Virus record (IMG/VR): IMGVR_UViG_3300044724_001447
Direction: 5' to 3' (one strand)
Length of the DNA: 64,000 bases
Origin: an uncultured virus (IMG/VR IMGVR_UViG_3300044724_001447)
Lineage: Duplodnaviria; Heunggongvirae; Uroviricota; Caudoviricetes
Below are positions 28,252 to 38,034 of this stretch, piece by piece. The first letter of the stretch is position 1. Each line of letters begins with the position of its first letter. The position numbers and the translations under genes were made by a program. A model generated the notes under the pieces. The model was not told the DNA's origin, did no database searches, and worked only from the letters and a program-made list of their open reading frames with translations.

Positions 28252-30908
28252 TGGCAAGATGTACACCAGTAAGTAAAGATTTTGAAGCAAGACAAGAATC
28301 GCTAGAAAAGATTGGACAAAAATTTGTAGACAATAGTGTAGTAAAACAATTTGATAAAGGTACACAAACTTCTATGTTTAAAAAGTTACTATATAATGTT
28401 ACGGATATGGAATATAGACTACCTAAAGTAGAAGAATTAAAACTATTAAATAGAATAGTAGATAGAGAGATAAAGCGTGTAGGTAAAGATAGAGGTAAAT
28501 TAGCTGAACTATTATATCTACCAAATGAAATATACGCAGATATACCATTTTTAAAGACTTGGTTTAAAGATGTACAAAGGTCAGATTTAACTCTTAAAGG
28601 GAATACACAAGAGTTTAATAATGGTTTGAATCAAATTATTGGCTTTTTAAAAACAGCAGCTTCTAATCAAGGATATAAACAATCTTTTTTTGAAAAAGTA
28701 GGATTAGATTCTAAAAGATTACAACGTGAGCTTACAAACAAATATAAAATATATAACAAGCTACAACAAGAAGGTAAGAAAGCAGATGCTCAAAGATATT
28801 ATGAAACTGAGATACAAGAGTTTGTAACTAAAGGAGAGGGTAAAGTTCTGCAACAATTTCATGAATTAGCATCTATGCCTGTAGCTGAATATAGGTTAAA
28901 AGTACGTGAAGAAAAATATGCAGATGTTGTACGTGCTGTTCAAGTTTGGAGAGGTGAATCTGGTTTAGGTGGCTTACAAAAAAAAGGTAAAGATATTTTA
29001 CTTTCTGGATTAAAAAATTTTAGAAATGTATTAAGTAGAAGAAAAGAAGAATATAGTTCTAAATTAGATAACTTTGATGCAGCTTACAAACAAATAGAAG
29101 GATTAATAAAAAGATTTGAATCAGGTGAATTGCAAAAAGATGGATACTTTCCTGTATTAACTTTTGATATATTACCTACATTATCTAAAGCAAGTTCTAA
29201 GATATATAATAAATCTGATATAAAACAAAACCAAGAAGGCATAGACTTAATAGCCAAAGTAGGCGATTTGTTAGATTCAAATATATATATGAATAAAAAT
29301 ATGCGTGAGCAAGGTAGAGTAGATAGTCATATTGATTATAATGTTATACCATTAATTCATTCATATGGTAATAGTGTATCAAGATTTAATTATAGTATAT
29401 ACAATGCCTCTAAGTTTGTTGATGCAATGCACAAAATGTCTGACTTAATGCAAAAAAATAACAATAAACAATTAGATAAAAAACTTAGATTTCTTAAAAA
29501 TTATATGTCTGATACTTATAGTATTATAGATGGTTCTAAATTTGCAGAAAAACCTATGATGACTGATGTAGCTAGAGCTATTACATCTTATGAGTTTGCT
29601 TCTAAATTAGGATTAAATATTAGAGGTGCAGCTAGAAATGCTACACAAAGTTTATTTAACTGGGTATTTTTTGGTAACAAAGGTATTGGTGAATATAGAA
29701 ATGCTTTAGGCAATGCAGATATGCGTGTACGTATTGAGAAAGGATTAAAAAACAATGGTATTTTATTTCCTGAAATTGCAGAGGTCTATGGTTCTAGATT
29801 AACTAAGACTGAATATGATGCTAAAACAGGTACATATAGAGAAGTAGTTGACCTATCTATGTCTGATAATATTCTAAGTAAAATGGAAAGTATAGCTGAA
29901 ACATTAGGTAAACCTATGAGTTGGGTTGAGAATAGAGTAAATAGAAGACTTACATTTGGTATAGCGTATGCAAAAGCGTGGAACACAGATGCTAACAATG
30001 CTAGACTAATGCGAAAATTATTCCAAAATAAATATACAAGAAAAAACGGTCTTGTAAAATATAAAGAATTAGAAAAAGAAAGTGTTAGATATGAAAAAGA
30101 ATATAATGAATTTTTAGAAAGAAGAGCTGAGAATTATGCAAATGATATGACCAACAACATACATTTTGATTATTCTATGCCTGGTAAATCTAAAATATTA
30201 ACTACTCCAATTGGTTCTGTATTAGGACAGTTCCAACATTATGGTATTAACTTTTTTAATCTACAAAGAAAAATTGTAAGAGATGGTTCAGATGCAGTAT
30301 TTACTGGTCAGTGGTCTAACCCAGCTGCATATAGAATGTATAGGTTAGGTCTTATGTATACAGTATTAAATGGTATCTTAGCACCAATGTTAAACATTAA
30401 TACTGGTAATCTTGTACAAAACGATACGTATGAAAGATTAAGTAGTTATTATAAATCACTAGATGAAGAAACACGTAAAGAACAATTTTTTGGTAAAGGT
30501 CCTTTGATTGGTACGATAGGTGGTCCTTTTGTTAGTGATGCAGTAGGATTGTTTAATGTTATGGGACTATATGAAATGGAAGCTGATAGTTGGTTATCTT
30601 ATGTTGCTGGTTATGAAGAGATGGCTAACGACACAGATTACTCAGAAGAAATATTACAAATTATAAATCCAGGTGCAAGAAGATTTATTAAACAAACTGT
30701 ACCTAGTTGGCAAGCAGGTGAAAATCTTGGTAGTATGTTAATGGGTGAACTTGCATTATATCCAACTAGAGAAACTAGACAACGTAAAGAAGATTTACTT
30801 GGTCTTGTAGGTGTTGATTTAGACAAGAAAAAATCAAAACCTATGAAGACAATACTTGATGTTAATGTACAGGATGTGCTCAAGTCTTTAAACCAACTCG
30901 AGCAGTAA
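28251..30908 (+). CDS. Large internal virion/ejection protein
   Basis: Helical; KLGLN...A.RN.TQ, HFDYS...K, GQFQHY motifs typical of podoviral inner-core proteins. ATG 28251 overlaps the previous stop and has RBS AAGGAG. Confidence 0.6.
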   Translation: MARCTPVSKDFEARQESLEKIGQKFVDNSVVKQFDKGTQTSMFKKLLYNVTDMEYRLPKVEELKLLNRIVDREIKRVGKDRGKLAELLYLPNEIYADIPFLKTWFKDVQRSDLTLKGNTQEFNNGLNQIIGFLKTAASNQGYKQSFFEKVGLDSKRLQRELTNKYKIYNKLQQEGKKADAQRYYETEIQEFVTKGEGKVLQQFHELASMPVAEYRLKVREEKYADVVRAVQVWRGESGLGGLQKKGKDILLSGLKNFRNVLSRRKEEYSSKLDNFDAAYKQIEGLIKRFESGELQKDGYFPVLTFDILPTLSKASSKIYNKSDIKQNQEGIDLIAKVGDLLDSNIYMNKNMREQGRVDSHIDYNVIPLIHSYGNSVSRFNYSIYNASKFVDAMHKMSDLMQKNNNKQLDKKLRFLKNYMSDTYSIIDGSKFAEKPMMTDVARAITSYEFASKLGLNIRGAARNATQSLFNWVFFGNKGIGEYRNALGNADMRVRIEKGLKNNGILFPEIAEVYGSRLTKTEYDAKTGTYREVVDLSMSDNILSKMESIAETLGKPMSWVENRVNRRLTFGIAYAKAWNTDANNARLMRKLFQNKYTRKNGLVKYKELEKESVRYEKEYNEFLERRAENYANDMTNNIHFDYSMPGKSKILTTPIGSVLGQFQHYGINFFNLQRKIVRDGSDAVFTGQWSNPAAYRMYRLGLMYTVLNGILAPMLNINTGNLVQNDTYERLSSYYKSLDEETRKEQFFGKGPLIGTIGGPFVSDAVGLFNVMGLYEMEADSWLSYVAGYEEMANDTDYSEEILQIINPGARRFIKQTVPSWQAGENLGSMLMGELALYPTRETRQRKEDLLGLVGVDLDKKKSKPMKTILDVNVQDVLKSLNQLEQ

Positions 30909-30910
30909 TC

Positions 30911-31144
30911 CTAGTTATCTTGAGATTTTATTTCTGCAAGAAATCGTTTCATTATTTGTAGATTGTCTTCTACTATTTTGATTTTAGCTGACATAGCTGA
31001 GTTTTGAAAGTATTTGTATTTCATTTGTTTTAGTTCACTTTCAATAGTCTTAATTTGTTTTTGCATCAAGACTCTTTCTTTACGATTCCTTTGTTCTTGC
31101 ATTACTTTTAAACGTTGCATTTCTATTTCATATTCTAAACTCAT
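30911..31144 (-). CDS. Hypothetical coiled-coil protein
   Basis: RBS GGAGG; last gene of the - strand block. Confidence 0.65.
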   Translation of the reverse strand: MSLEYEIEMQRLKVMQEQRNRKERVLMQKQIKTIESELKQMKYKYFQNSAMSAKIKIVEDNLQIMKRFLAEIKSQDN

Positions 31145-31584
31145 TTATCCTCCTTTTCTAATGCATACATTCCAATACATATTGCGTCTGCATTTTTAAG
31201 AGTAACTTTATGTTTACTACCTGCAAATGCTTGTGCTCTACGTTTGAAATACTGTTTTCGTTTTTGATAATCTTTTGGTATTCTATTTCCTATAACGTCT
31301 TGCCATTGTTTAGGAAGAACCTTGACAATAGGTAAATCTAACGCATTGCAAATACCTAGCCAGATGCCGTAGTTCTTCCCAAATGTAAATGCACCTCTTT
31401 CATAGGGTCTTGACCATACTCTTTCAATGTAGACTACAGTCTCTTTCGTTTTATATTGTTTTATTATATTAACCATATCTATAGGTTCCCTAGAGGAAGG
31501 GCAATTACTAGTTGAATGGAGGTTCTCTTGAGCAAAGAAAGCAACTGCACCGTTCCATCCAGGGTCTATAGCTATTATATTCAT
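31141..31584 (-). CDS. RuvC-like Holliday junction resolvase
   Basis: IAIDPG..GAVA, VYIE, FTFG.NYG, P..WQ, ADAICI. Confidence 0.85.
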   Translation of the reverse strand: MNIIAIDPGWNGAVAFFAQENLHSTSNCPSSREPIDMVNIIKQYKTKETVVYIERVWSRPYERGAFTFGKNYGIWLGICNALDLPIVKVLPKQWQDVIGNRIPKDYQKRKQYFKRRAQAFAGSKHKVTLKNADAICIGMYALEKEDK

Positions 31585-32933
31585 TAGGTGTAACTACTCA
31601 TTACCCTTATAGCTTCTGTTCTATCAAAGTAAACGCTACACTTATCGCCATTAAACCCTAGGTCATAACTTCCTAGTTGTCCATATCTTGCTTTTTGACA
31701 TATGATTTCCATCTGATACCTATCATTTTCCTTGTCATCAACCGCATAAGGATAGTATACAAAGAACGCTGCTTCCGCAGTTTGTTCTATAACACCACTT
31801 TCCGCAAAGTCTGATAGCTTTGGTCTTGGGTCTATCCTACGCTCTATTTCTCTATTTAATTGTGATACTAGTATAGCACTACAATTTACTTTTTTACAAA
31901 TCCATTTATAATCTAACATTATATCTTCGATTTCAAAACGTCTATCTTTATTATTCTTATTGTCTGTACGAATAAGTTGGATATAGTCATCAAGTACAAC
32001 GTCTGGTTTTTCTTTAGCTATTTCTTTCATAGCATCTGCAAGAGTTTTACAATCATCATGCATAATCAGATTCTTATACTTTTCTCCTAGTTCTGTTTTG
32101 GCAAGAGATATTTCAGCAATTTCATTATCAATGTTTTTAGCTTTTCTTATTTTTTCATAACTAAACTTTGGATTTTCCATCACTAATATTTTCTTCATCA
32201 TTTCAACGTTAGTCATCTCACGATTAAATAACATAACCTTAAAACCTTGTTCAAGTAATCGCTTTACAACATTTATAACCATAGTAGTTTTACCATGTCC
32301 TGGTCTACCGCCAAGTACAGTAATCTCACTACGAGTCATACCACCTGCTGCTTTATCAAGCTGTTCAATACCAAAAGGAATTAGATTACTACCTGTTTTA
32401 AGTGTTGATATAGTATCGTTAATTATATCTTTGGTATCTACTTTCTTGCTAGGTGCAACAGATTTTAGTTCTTCTATTTCTTTCTCATGCTCATGTAATA
32501 ATTCAATAACATCTTCTTTGCTATTTAAACTCAAGTTATATAATACTTGGGAACCTTTGATTACTCTACGTTGTATATATTTATACCATACAATTTTAGA
32601 ATAATGTTCTACATTTGCAGTTGTAGGAACGCCATTGGCTAATCCTGTTAGATAGTATGTAGTTAAGTTCTTATCTATTTTACTATCTTTCATAGCATTG
32701 TATACTGTTACCGTATCAATTGCTACATTATTTCTATATAGTTCTATAAAAGTATTCCAAACGTTTTGGTGTTTCTCAGAATAAAACGCTTTTGTATTTC
32801 TAATAATACCTTTAGACTTTTCAAATACTTCATTACCTTCAAGTAATATAGAACCTAATACCGCAATCTCAGCTTCTTCAGCTTTCGGCATTTCTAATAT
32901 ATCATTTACATCTTTCAGTTTATCCATTTTCAT
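31584..32933 (-). CDS. dnaB: Replicative DNA helicase
   Basis: AE.AVLGSIL N-domain; Walker A GRPGHGKT; DYIQL; SQLNR; SG.IEQ.A; K.RYG. Confidence 0.95.
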   Translation of the reverse strand: MKMDKLKDVNDILEMPKAEEAEIAVLGSILLEGNEVFEKSKGIIRNTKAFYSEKHQNVWNTFIELYRNNVAIDTVTVYNAMKDSKIDKNLTTYYLTGLANGVPTTANVEHYSKIVWYKYIQRRVIKGSQVLYNLSLNSKEDVIELLHEHEKEIEELKSVAPSKKVDTKDIINDTISTLKTGSNLIPFGIEQLDKAAGGMTRSEITVLGGRPGHGKTTMVINVVKRLLEQGFKVMLFNREMTNVEMMKKILVMENPKFSYEKIRKAKNIDNEIAEISLAKTELGEKYKNLIMHDDCKTLADAMKEIAKEKPDVVLDDYIQLIRTDNKNNKDRRFEIEDIMLDYKWICKKVNCSAILVSQLNREIERRIDPRPKLSDFAESGVIEQTAEAAFFVYYPYAVDDKENDRYQMEIICQKARYGQLGSYDLGFNGDKCSVYFDRTEAIRVMSSYT

Positions 32934-33772
32934 TATTCCTCCATTTCAAATAAACTAAGTTGTTTCTTTTTTGGTATATAGTTTGTTATAACTAGTTCAA
33001 TCTTCTTTTCATCACTATGTAGTTGTCCAGCGTATTTTATAGGTATCTCCTGTACGTTATAGTGCCTATACATATCCCAGATAATTGGTCTGTTATCATA
33101 ACTAACCATAAACTTTCCCCCTGTTTTATCAATGTCATCACACATAGTTTTTAAATCACTATGGTCTTCATCTTTAAATGAATGAATATAGTAATCGCTC
33201 CTATCAGTAGCTGCTATATATGGTGGGTCAAGATACCACATATCGTTTTCATCTGGTTTATATTTGTCAAATAGCTTTCTAAAATCCATACACTCTATAT
33301 AAGTGTTTTGTAATTTTAATCTACTAGCTTCTAAGTCATCAAGTATACCATCATTCCATTTAGCGACTTTACTTAATGGTAGAAAAGGGTTTTTATTAAA
33401 CGCCGTTTTCAATACGAAAAAGTACATAGCCGCTCTTTTTACATCAGGTATATCAAAAGATTTATTTTCGTGTATATGTTTTCTATAGTTTTCGTGAAGA
33501 GTTCTTGATAACAATATATGTTTAGCATATCGTTTAAACTCGTTGAAATCCTCCGCAACCGAAATATACAAATTTATTACATCATTATGCAAATCATTTA
33601 ATATATTTATTTTGGCTTTGTTTTTTCTAAAAAACATACTTCCCCCGCCAAAAAATACTTCCACATATCTTGTATGTCTATGAAGCATTGGTACCAACTT
33701 TCTAGATAATATATACTTTCCTCCGTAATAAGGAAACACCGTAGGACAACTATCCTTCATCTTTAAATCCAT
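32933..33772 (-). CDS. Dam-family (D12-class) N6-adenine DNA methyltransferase
   Basis: YYGGK, EVFFGGGS, NDL, YLDPPY. Confidence 0.9.
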   Translation of the reverse strand: MDLKMKDSCPTVFPYYGGKYILSRKLVPMLHRHTRYVEVFFGGGSMFFRKNKAKINILNDLHNDVINLYISVAEDFNEFKRYAKHILLSRTLHENYRKHIHENKSFDIPDVKRAAMYFFVLKTAFNKNPFLPLSKVAKWNDGILDDLEASRLKLQNTYIECMDFRKLFDKYKPDENDMWYLDPPYIAATDRSDYYIHSFKDEDHSDLKTMCDDIDKTGGKFMVSYDNRPIIWDMYRHYNVQEIPIKYAGQLHSDEKKIELVITNYIPKKKQLSLFEMEE

Positions 33773-34103
33773 GTAGTTCTTCCCACATATCTTTATATGA
33801 CGAATTGCTTTCTACACCTACTGGCAAACAAGAAGCACATAATCCATCTTTCTTAAACTTTTCTCTACGTTCATCGCTCATACCAATGTGTAAAGCACCT
33901 GGACCATTACCTTCATCATCCATTCCTACAAAGAATGCATCACCTTTGTCTGTAACAAATACTAAACCAGTACCTTCATCTGGATAATTTTCATCCCATT
34001 CTTGCCACCATACATTTACAATAGTTCTATCCATAAGTAATTTTTGCGCTGAATCATACCACATTTTAGTTCTATTGTATTTTTCTTTTAATGTTTCGCT
34101 CAT
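33750..34103 (-). CDS. Hypothetical phage protein
   Basis: DDEGNGPGAL motif; coupled to neighbours. Confidence 0.7.
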   Translation of the reverse strand: MSETLKEKYNRTKMWYDSAQKLLMDRTIVNVWWQEWDENYPDEGTGLVFVTDKGDAFFVGMDDEGNGPGALHIGMSDERREKFKKDGLCASCLPVGVESNSSYKDMWEELHGFKDEG

Positions 34104-34324
34104 TCAAATGCCTCCATAGCTTGTTCATATAAATCACTTGTCATACTGTCCATAGCATAATCTGCCTGTTTATCAGCCCATCCATCAAGTTCTGCTTGTG
34201 TAGAGCTTTCTAACAATACCATTTCTTCTTCAAACTTTTCACGCATAGCATCTGTATCATAATGCGTTACTCCACTTTCTTCATCTGTACTACTATATAC
34301 AGGTATACTTATAAATTTCATCAT
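34100..34324 (-). CDS. Hypothetical acidic protein
   Basis: Operon context; ATGA overlap. Confidence 0.6.
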   Translation of the reverse strand: MMKFISIPVYSSTDEESGVTHYDTDAMREKFEEEMVLLESSTQAELDGWADKQADYAMDSMTSDLYEQAMEAFE

Positions 34325-34325
34325 A

Positions 34326-34454
34326 TTATTTTCTCTTTCTTCTTATTGAGCTTATATTGTTATAATACATATACTCAAATCCAAGCTCATTTAATTTATC
34401 TATTAACTTTGCTATTTTTTCTTGCAAATCAAATGCTTTTTCAGCTTCACTCAT
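34326..34454 (-). CDS. Hypothetical 42-aa protein
   Basis: MSEAEKAFDLQEKIAKL...RRKRK with RBS AAGGAG; below the track cutoff. Confidence 0.55.
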   Translation of the reverse strand: MSEAEKAFDLQEKIAKLIDKLNELGFEYMYYNNISSIRRKRK

Positions 34455-34686
34455 CTTTATGCTCCTTCAATTTATCATCAACTTTTTTCATCTTTTGGTA
34501 AAGTTTTTGATATTTATTAGTATGGAAGATTATATTATTTTTATTAAAGTTTCCTTCGTGTTTAATACTCCACGTAGTATCTTTAGTTGGTTGCATAGAA
34601 ACGTCTACATTATCTTCAAAGTCTTCTGCTTCTCTTAATTTGTAATTATCCATACGTTCTACTTCTAATTTTTTGTAATATCCCAT
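34447..34686 (-). CDS. Hypothetical protein
   Basis: Operon context. Confidence 0.6.
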   Translation of the reverse strand: MGYYKKLEVERMDNYKLREAEDFEDNVDVSMQPTKDTTWSIKHEGNFNKNNIIFHTNKYQKLYQKMKKVDDKLKEHKDE

Positions 34687-34934
34687 TACATTCTACTCCC
34701 TGCTGTTATTTCATCATATTTATCTTTATTGCCTCCACATTCTTCGGCAATCTTTTCTGTCCATTCAAAGTATGTTAATGGTGCTACTTCATCATTACAA
34801 TTATTACACCAGTATGTAGTATCATCAACAGATTCTGTAACTTCAAGGGTGTTCATATTGACCCACGCTTTTTCGTCTACTTCTTCTGTACCACAATAAT
34901 CACATACCCACATATCATCCATATCTTTACTCAT
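34686..34934 (-). CDS. Zn-ribbon protein
   Basis: CDYC...WCNNC. Confidence 0.65.
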   Translation of the reverse strand: MSKDMDDMWVCDYCGTEEVDEKAWVNMNTLEVTESVDDTTYWCNNCNDEVAPLTYFEWTEKIAEECGGNKDKYDEITAGSRM

Positions 34935-35169
34935 TTATTTCTCCATCTAGTATTCTATATTGGTTAATCCATTGATTTTCATATCTTTGTACTACTGGTA
35001 CTCCGCAAAATATCCACCAAGCCCTACCAAATCTTTCATAAAACTCTTCAAGCTCTGCAATATGTTCTTCGCTCCAAACGTCAATTGACTTAAAAGTTTT
35101 AAGTCTTTCTTCAAAACTGCTTTCAGATTTTAAGGGATTGTTGTTTTTATCATGTAAACTTAAACTCAT
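34927..35169 (-). CDS. Hypothetical protein
   Basis: RBS GGAGG. Confidence 0.65.
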   Translation of the reverse strand: MSLSLHDKNNNPLKSESSFEERLKTFKSIDVWSEEHIAELEEFYERFGRAWWIFCGVPVVQRYENQWINQYRILDGEINE

Positions 35170-35185
35170 TTTTTTTCCTCCGAAT

Positions 35186-35590
35186 TATTCAGAACTGAGA
35201 TAACGACGCCTCAGGATTTCACTGAGATTAATGGTTGTTACCTCACTATGTTCTGATATAAGAGTAGCTAGCTCCTAATGTTATAGGCGGCTTATAAACT
35301 CTAGAGTCTACTGGTTAATCCATCACCGCCCAATTTTACTACAGAATAAGGCAAAACCTTGTGTACCTGGTATTGAATAGTTATCGGCTTCAACTATCAC
35401 AAGGAATGATTACATGTGCGTCTTCTGTAGTATAGTCTTTAGGCAACTACTGGAGCTCTTCCATGTATCATCCTATAGACTATCAGCAAGAGAATAGACT
35501 TTGTAGAGAGTGTCGTGCTACACTTCTATACGACTTTGGTTAACGTAGCGTGTTAAATCATATCTCTATCAAGTGGTCTATATCTCAGGA
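35186..35590 (-). ncRNA. Candidate structured non-coding RNA (five tandem stem domains)
   Basis: Non-coding 440-nt gap tiled by nested inverted repeats; G-U wobbles mostly favour the - strand. Confidence 0.55.
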
Positions 35591-35610
35591 ACCTTATGCA
35601 TTTTAGGAAC

Positions 35611-36393
35611 CTACGCTCTTGCTAATCTTGTTACTGTAGGGTATATCTGATTTTCCATTAAATGTACAGACTCTCTATCTCTATGTGCAACGTGTGTTGC
35701 AATATAAGTACAAGCATTTAATAAATCCCAATATGTATTCATATTATTATTTACGCAATATCTTGTAAAGTCTTCCATATATTGTGTTGGAATAATCTTA
35801 GATATATCTATCATGTGTTTCTTTCTAAGCTTAGTACTTGTTAGTCTAGGAAACTCCTGTTCAAACAACTGAACTAACATAGTTACTGTATCAGTTATTG
35901 TCTTATCAATATCTACAATACCAGTATTGTTGTTCTTATGTACTGCTTTCTTCTTAGTTAAAACATTACCAATTGTTAAACCATTCAAACAAACAAGTCT
36001 GAATGCACCACCCATTACATTAACTGATGTTGTACCATCATAACTATTTGCAACGATTAATTGTGGATTTATCAAGTCGCCTTTATCAACTTTTACTTCA
36101 GTATTAGGAAAGTTCCATTTCCATATAGAACGTTGTCCACCAGAAAATGTTCTTGCTTCAGCTAGTTCAACTCCGTTTCCTTTTAATACTTTTTGTACTT
36201 TATCAACAACAGTTTTGTTGTCAACTACTTTATATTCATCAGTCATACAAGATAATACATCTCCTGTATCTTCTCTTACTATAAACTTATAACCTGTTCC
36301 GTCAAGTGGTTTATCTTGTATAGATTTATCAAGATATATTGCTGGAACTTCTTTAACTGGAAAGAGTGTCTCTTCCATTGCTATTATAGGCAT
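35611..36393 (-). CDS. DUF932-family protein
   Basis: VRED...L......Y.VV.N, NSYDGT, FRLVCLNG; start moved to ATG 36393 (RBS GAGGAG). Confidence 0.8.
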   Translation of the reverse strand: MPIIAMEETLFPVKEVPAIYLDKSIQDKPLDGTGYKFIVREDTGDVLSCMTDEYKVVDNKTVVDKVQKVLKGNGVELAEARTFSGGQRSIWKWNFPNTEVKVDKGDLINPQLIVANSYDGTTSVNVMGGAFRLVCLNGLTIGNVLTKKKAVHKNNNTGIVDIDKTITDTVTMLVQLFEQEFPRLTSTKLRKKHMIDISKIIPTQYMEDFTRYCVNNNMNTYWDLLNACTYIATHVAHRDRESVHLMENQIYPTVTRLARA

Positions 36394-36784
36394 TTTTATA
36401 TTCTCCTCGCTCAACTTTTGTCTTCTTTGGTGTTCTACCAAACTTTTTTATTTCATTTTCTAATAGTTTAGATTCATTTTTATATTCAGATATAATCATC
36501 TGTTGTAAATATGCAAACCCTTTACCACTATATGCATGTTCATCCATTTCATATTTACCAAGTACTCTTTCTACAGTATGATTAGGTATTTTAGATATTG
36601 CTTGCAGAAAGTAAAAGGTTTTTTGATTACTACTATCAGAAACTATTTGTGTACGAATTATTTTTATTATTCGTTTTAATCTTTTTTGGCATAATGTCTC
36701 TCCTCTTGCCTCCAAGAGAGAAATGATACGCCTTATTGGATTGTATTTTCTTTCGTTCTCGTGTCCACATGCTTCGCATTTCAT
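36353..36784 (-). CDS. Hypothetical protein with N-terminal CxxC (possible replication initiator)
   Basis: MKCEACG; KGFAYLQQMI is reminiscent of a DnaD-like helix (weak). Confidence 0.55.
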   Translation of the reverse strand: MKCEACGHENERKYNPIRRIISLLEARGETLCQKRLKRIIKIIRTQIVSDSSNQKTFYFLQAISKIPNHTVERVLGKYEMDEHAYSGKGFAYLQQMIISEYKNESKLLENEIKKFGRTPKKTKVERGEYKNAYNSNGRDTLSS

Positions 36785-36981
36785 AACTCCTCCACTAATG
36801 TTTTAGCAGACCAAGTGTGTCTACCCTTGTAGTAAGACTCATTTTCTTGATGCCACAGATTGTTTGGTATATCGGTTATTAACACTTCTGCATTAATACC
36901 TACATTAAGTAGTATACCCTGTAAACCATGTAGATTAAACCTAGAACCAGGTTTTAATTTATTAAGATAAGTTTTCCCCAA
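36781..36981 (-). CDS. Hypothetical protein
   Basis: RBS GGAGG; operon context. Confidence 0.6.
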   Translation of the reverse strand: MGKTYLNKLKPGSRFNLHGLQGILLNVGINAEVLITDIPNNLWHQENESYYKGRHTWSAKTLVEEL

Positions 36982-37177
36982 TAGTAACCTCCCTACTATT
37001 TAAAAGTTTTCGTTCTCTTCGTTTTAAAGATACCATATCAAGAATATCAACCAAATCGCTTTCTAATCTTCTCAATGGCTCTTTCATTTCACCATTTAAG
37101 GTGCTATTTTTAAGTGTTTCAACCATTAAGTTTACTTCACTATCTGTTAATTTAATCGTTATTACTGCTTCGTTCAT
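36962..37177 (-). CDS. Hypothetical protein
   Basis: ATG 37177 with RBS AAGGA preferred. Confidence 0.55.
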   Translation of the reverse strand: MNEAVITIKLTDSEVNLMVETLKNSTLNGEMKEPLRRLESDLVDILDMVSLKRRERKLLNSREVTIGENLS

Positions 37178-37331
37178 TGCGTTTTTCCTTCGCCCATTCA
37201 ATTTGCACAATATCGTCTATTAAATCTTTTTCACTAGAACCAATATCTAAACTATTTTTTATCCGTTGTATGATTCCGTTCCAAACAGTATTTATACGAA
37301 ACAATTCTTGTGCTTGTTTAAGTTTATCCAA
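37152..37331 (-). CDS. Hypothetical 59-aa protein (TTG start)
   Basis: Strong RBS AAAGGAGG 3 nt before TTG; fills the gap; below the track cutoff. Confidence 0.55.
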   Translation of the reverse strand: MDKLKQAQELFRINTVWNGIIQRIKNSLDIGSSEKDLIDDIVQIEWAKEKRNERSSNND

Positions 37332-37465
37332 GATTCCTCCTTTTATACGAGGGCTCTAAGTAGCCATACCAGTATTCACATCACCAGGGATAACCGAATA
37401 TCCTGGTTAATCTCAATACAATGAACCCTCATATAATATAACAAATTAGTATTACTTATTCAACA

Positions 37466-38032
37466 CTAAAATGGTAAATCGTCAGCATCAAACTCTTCTT
37501 TTGATACTCTTGTACCACTTTCCCAAGATGAAACTTCAAACACTTGTAGTGCTTTCTTAGTTTCTCCATCTTTGTTAGTGAATGACGTTTCTTTAAGAGT
37601 AATTAAACAAGGTAAACCAAAGACATCATTGTCTTCTACAATACCTAGCTGGACAATACCATCTTCATTTTTAGGAAATGATACACCCATTTTTTCAAAG
37701 AACTCTTTATAACGTTTGTTTTTCCACTCTTCTCCTTCAGAAGGATTAGGTGTAAGCCATACGCCTTTATCTGTTCTATACTCTTTACCTACAACGAATG
37801 AACCATCAGTAAATTCACCTGTAGGAACGTGATTATCGTTATTATCTTTACGTAATTTAGGTAGTTTTAATTTCTTAGCTTCATCTGCTACCTGAAACGT
37901 AACATTAAATACATAACTGCCATTGTATTCGTTCATCTTAAATGAAGAAACATGAGCTGGATATGTAGCTTCTGGTACTGGTGTATACCCTGAATTTTCG
38001 TTATTCACAAAGTTAATATTAGCTTCTTTCAT
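37466..38032 (-). CDS. Single-stranded DNA-binding protein-like (DUF669-like)
   Basis: PVPEATYPA.V N-terminus; acidic tail DADDLPF; near annealase and exonuclease. Confidence 0.7.
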   Translation of the reverse strand: MKEANINFVNNENSGYTPVPEATYPAHVSSFKMNEYNGSYVFNVTFQVADEAKKLKLPKLRKDNNDNHVPTGEFTDGSFVVGKEYRTDKGVWLTPNPSEGEEWKNKRYKEFFEKMGVSFPKNEDGIVQLGIVEDNDVFGLPCLITLKETSFTNKDGETKKALQVFEVSSWESGTRVSKEEFDADDLPF

Positions 38033-38034
38033 GT

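Noticed and set aside
20026..30883. Antisense ORFs inside long genes (also 3729-4652, 7771-11735, 44134-48386)
   Set aside because: Shadow frames of real genes; no RBS or recognisable motifs
35186..35590. tRNA, tmRNA, group I intron or hammerhead ribozyme
   Set aside because: No cloverleaf with T-loop/CCA, no tag frame, no interrupted gene, no CUGAUGA core recognised; needs an Rfam search to exclude fully
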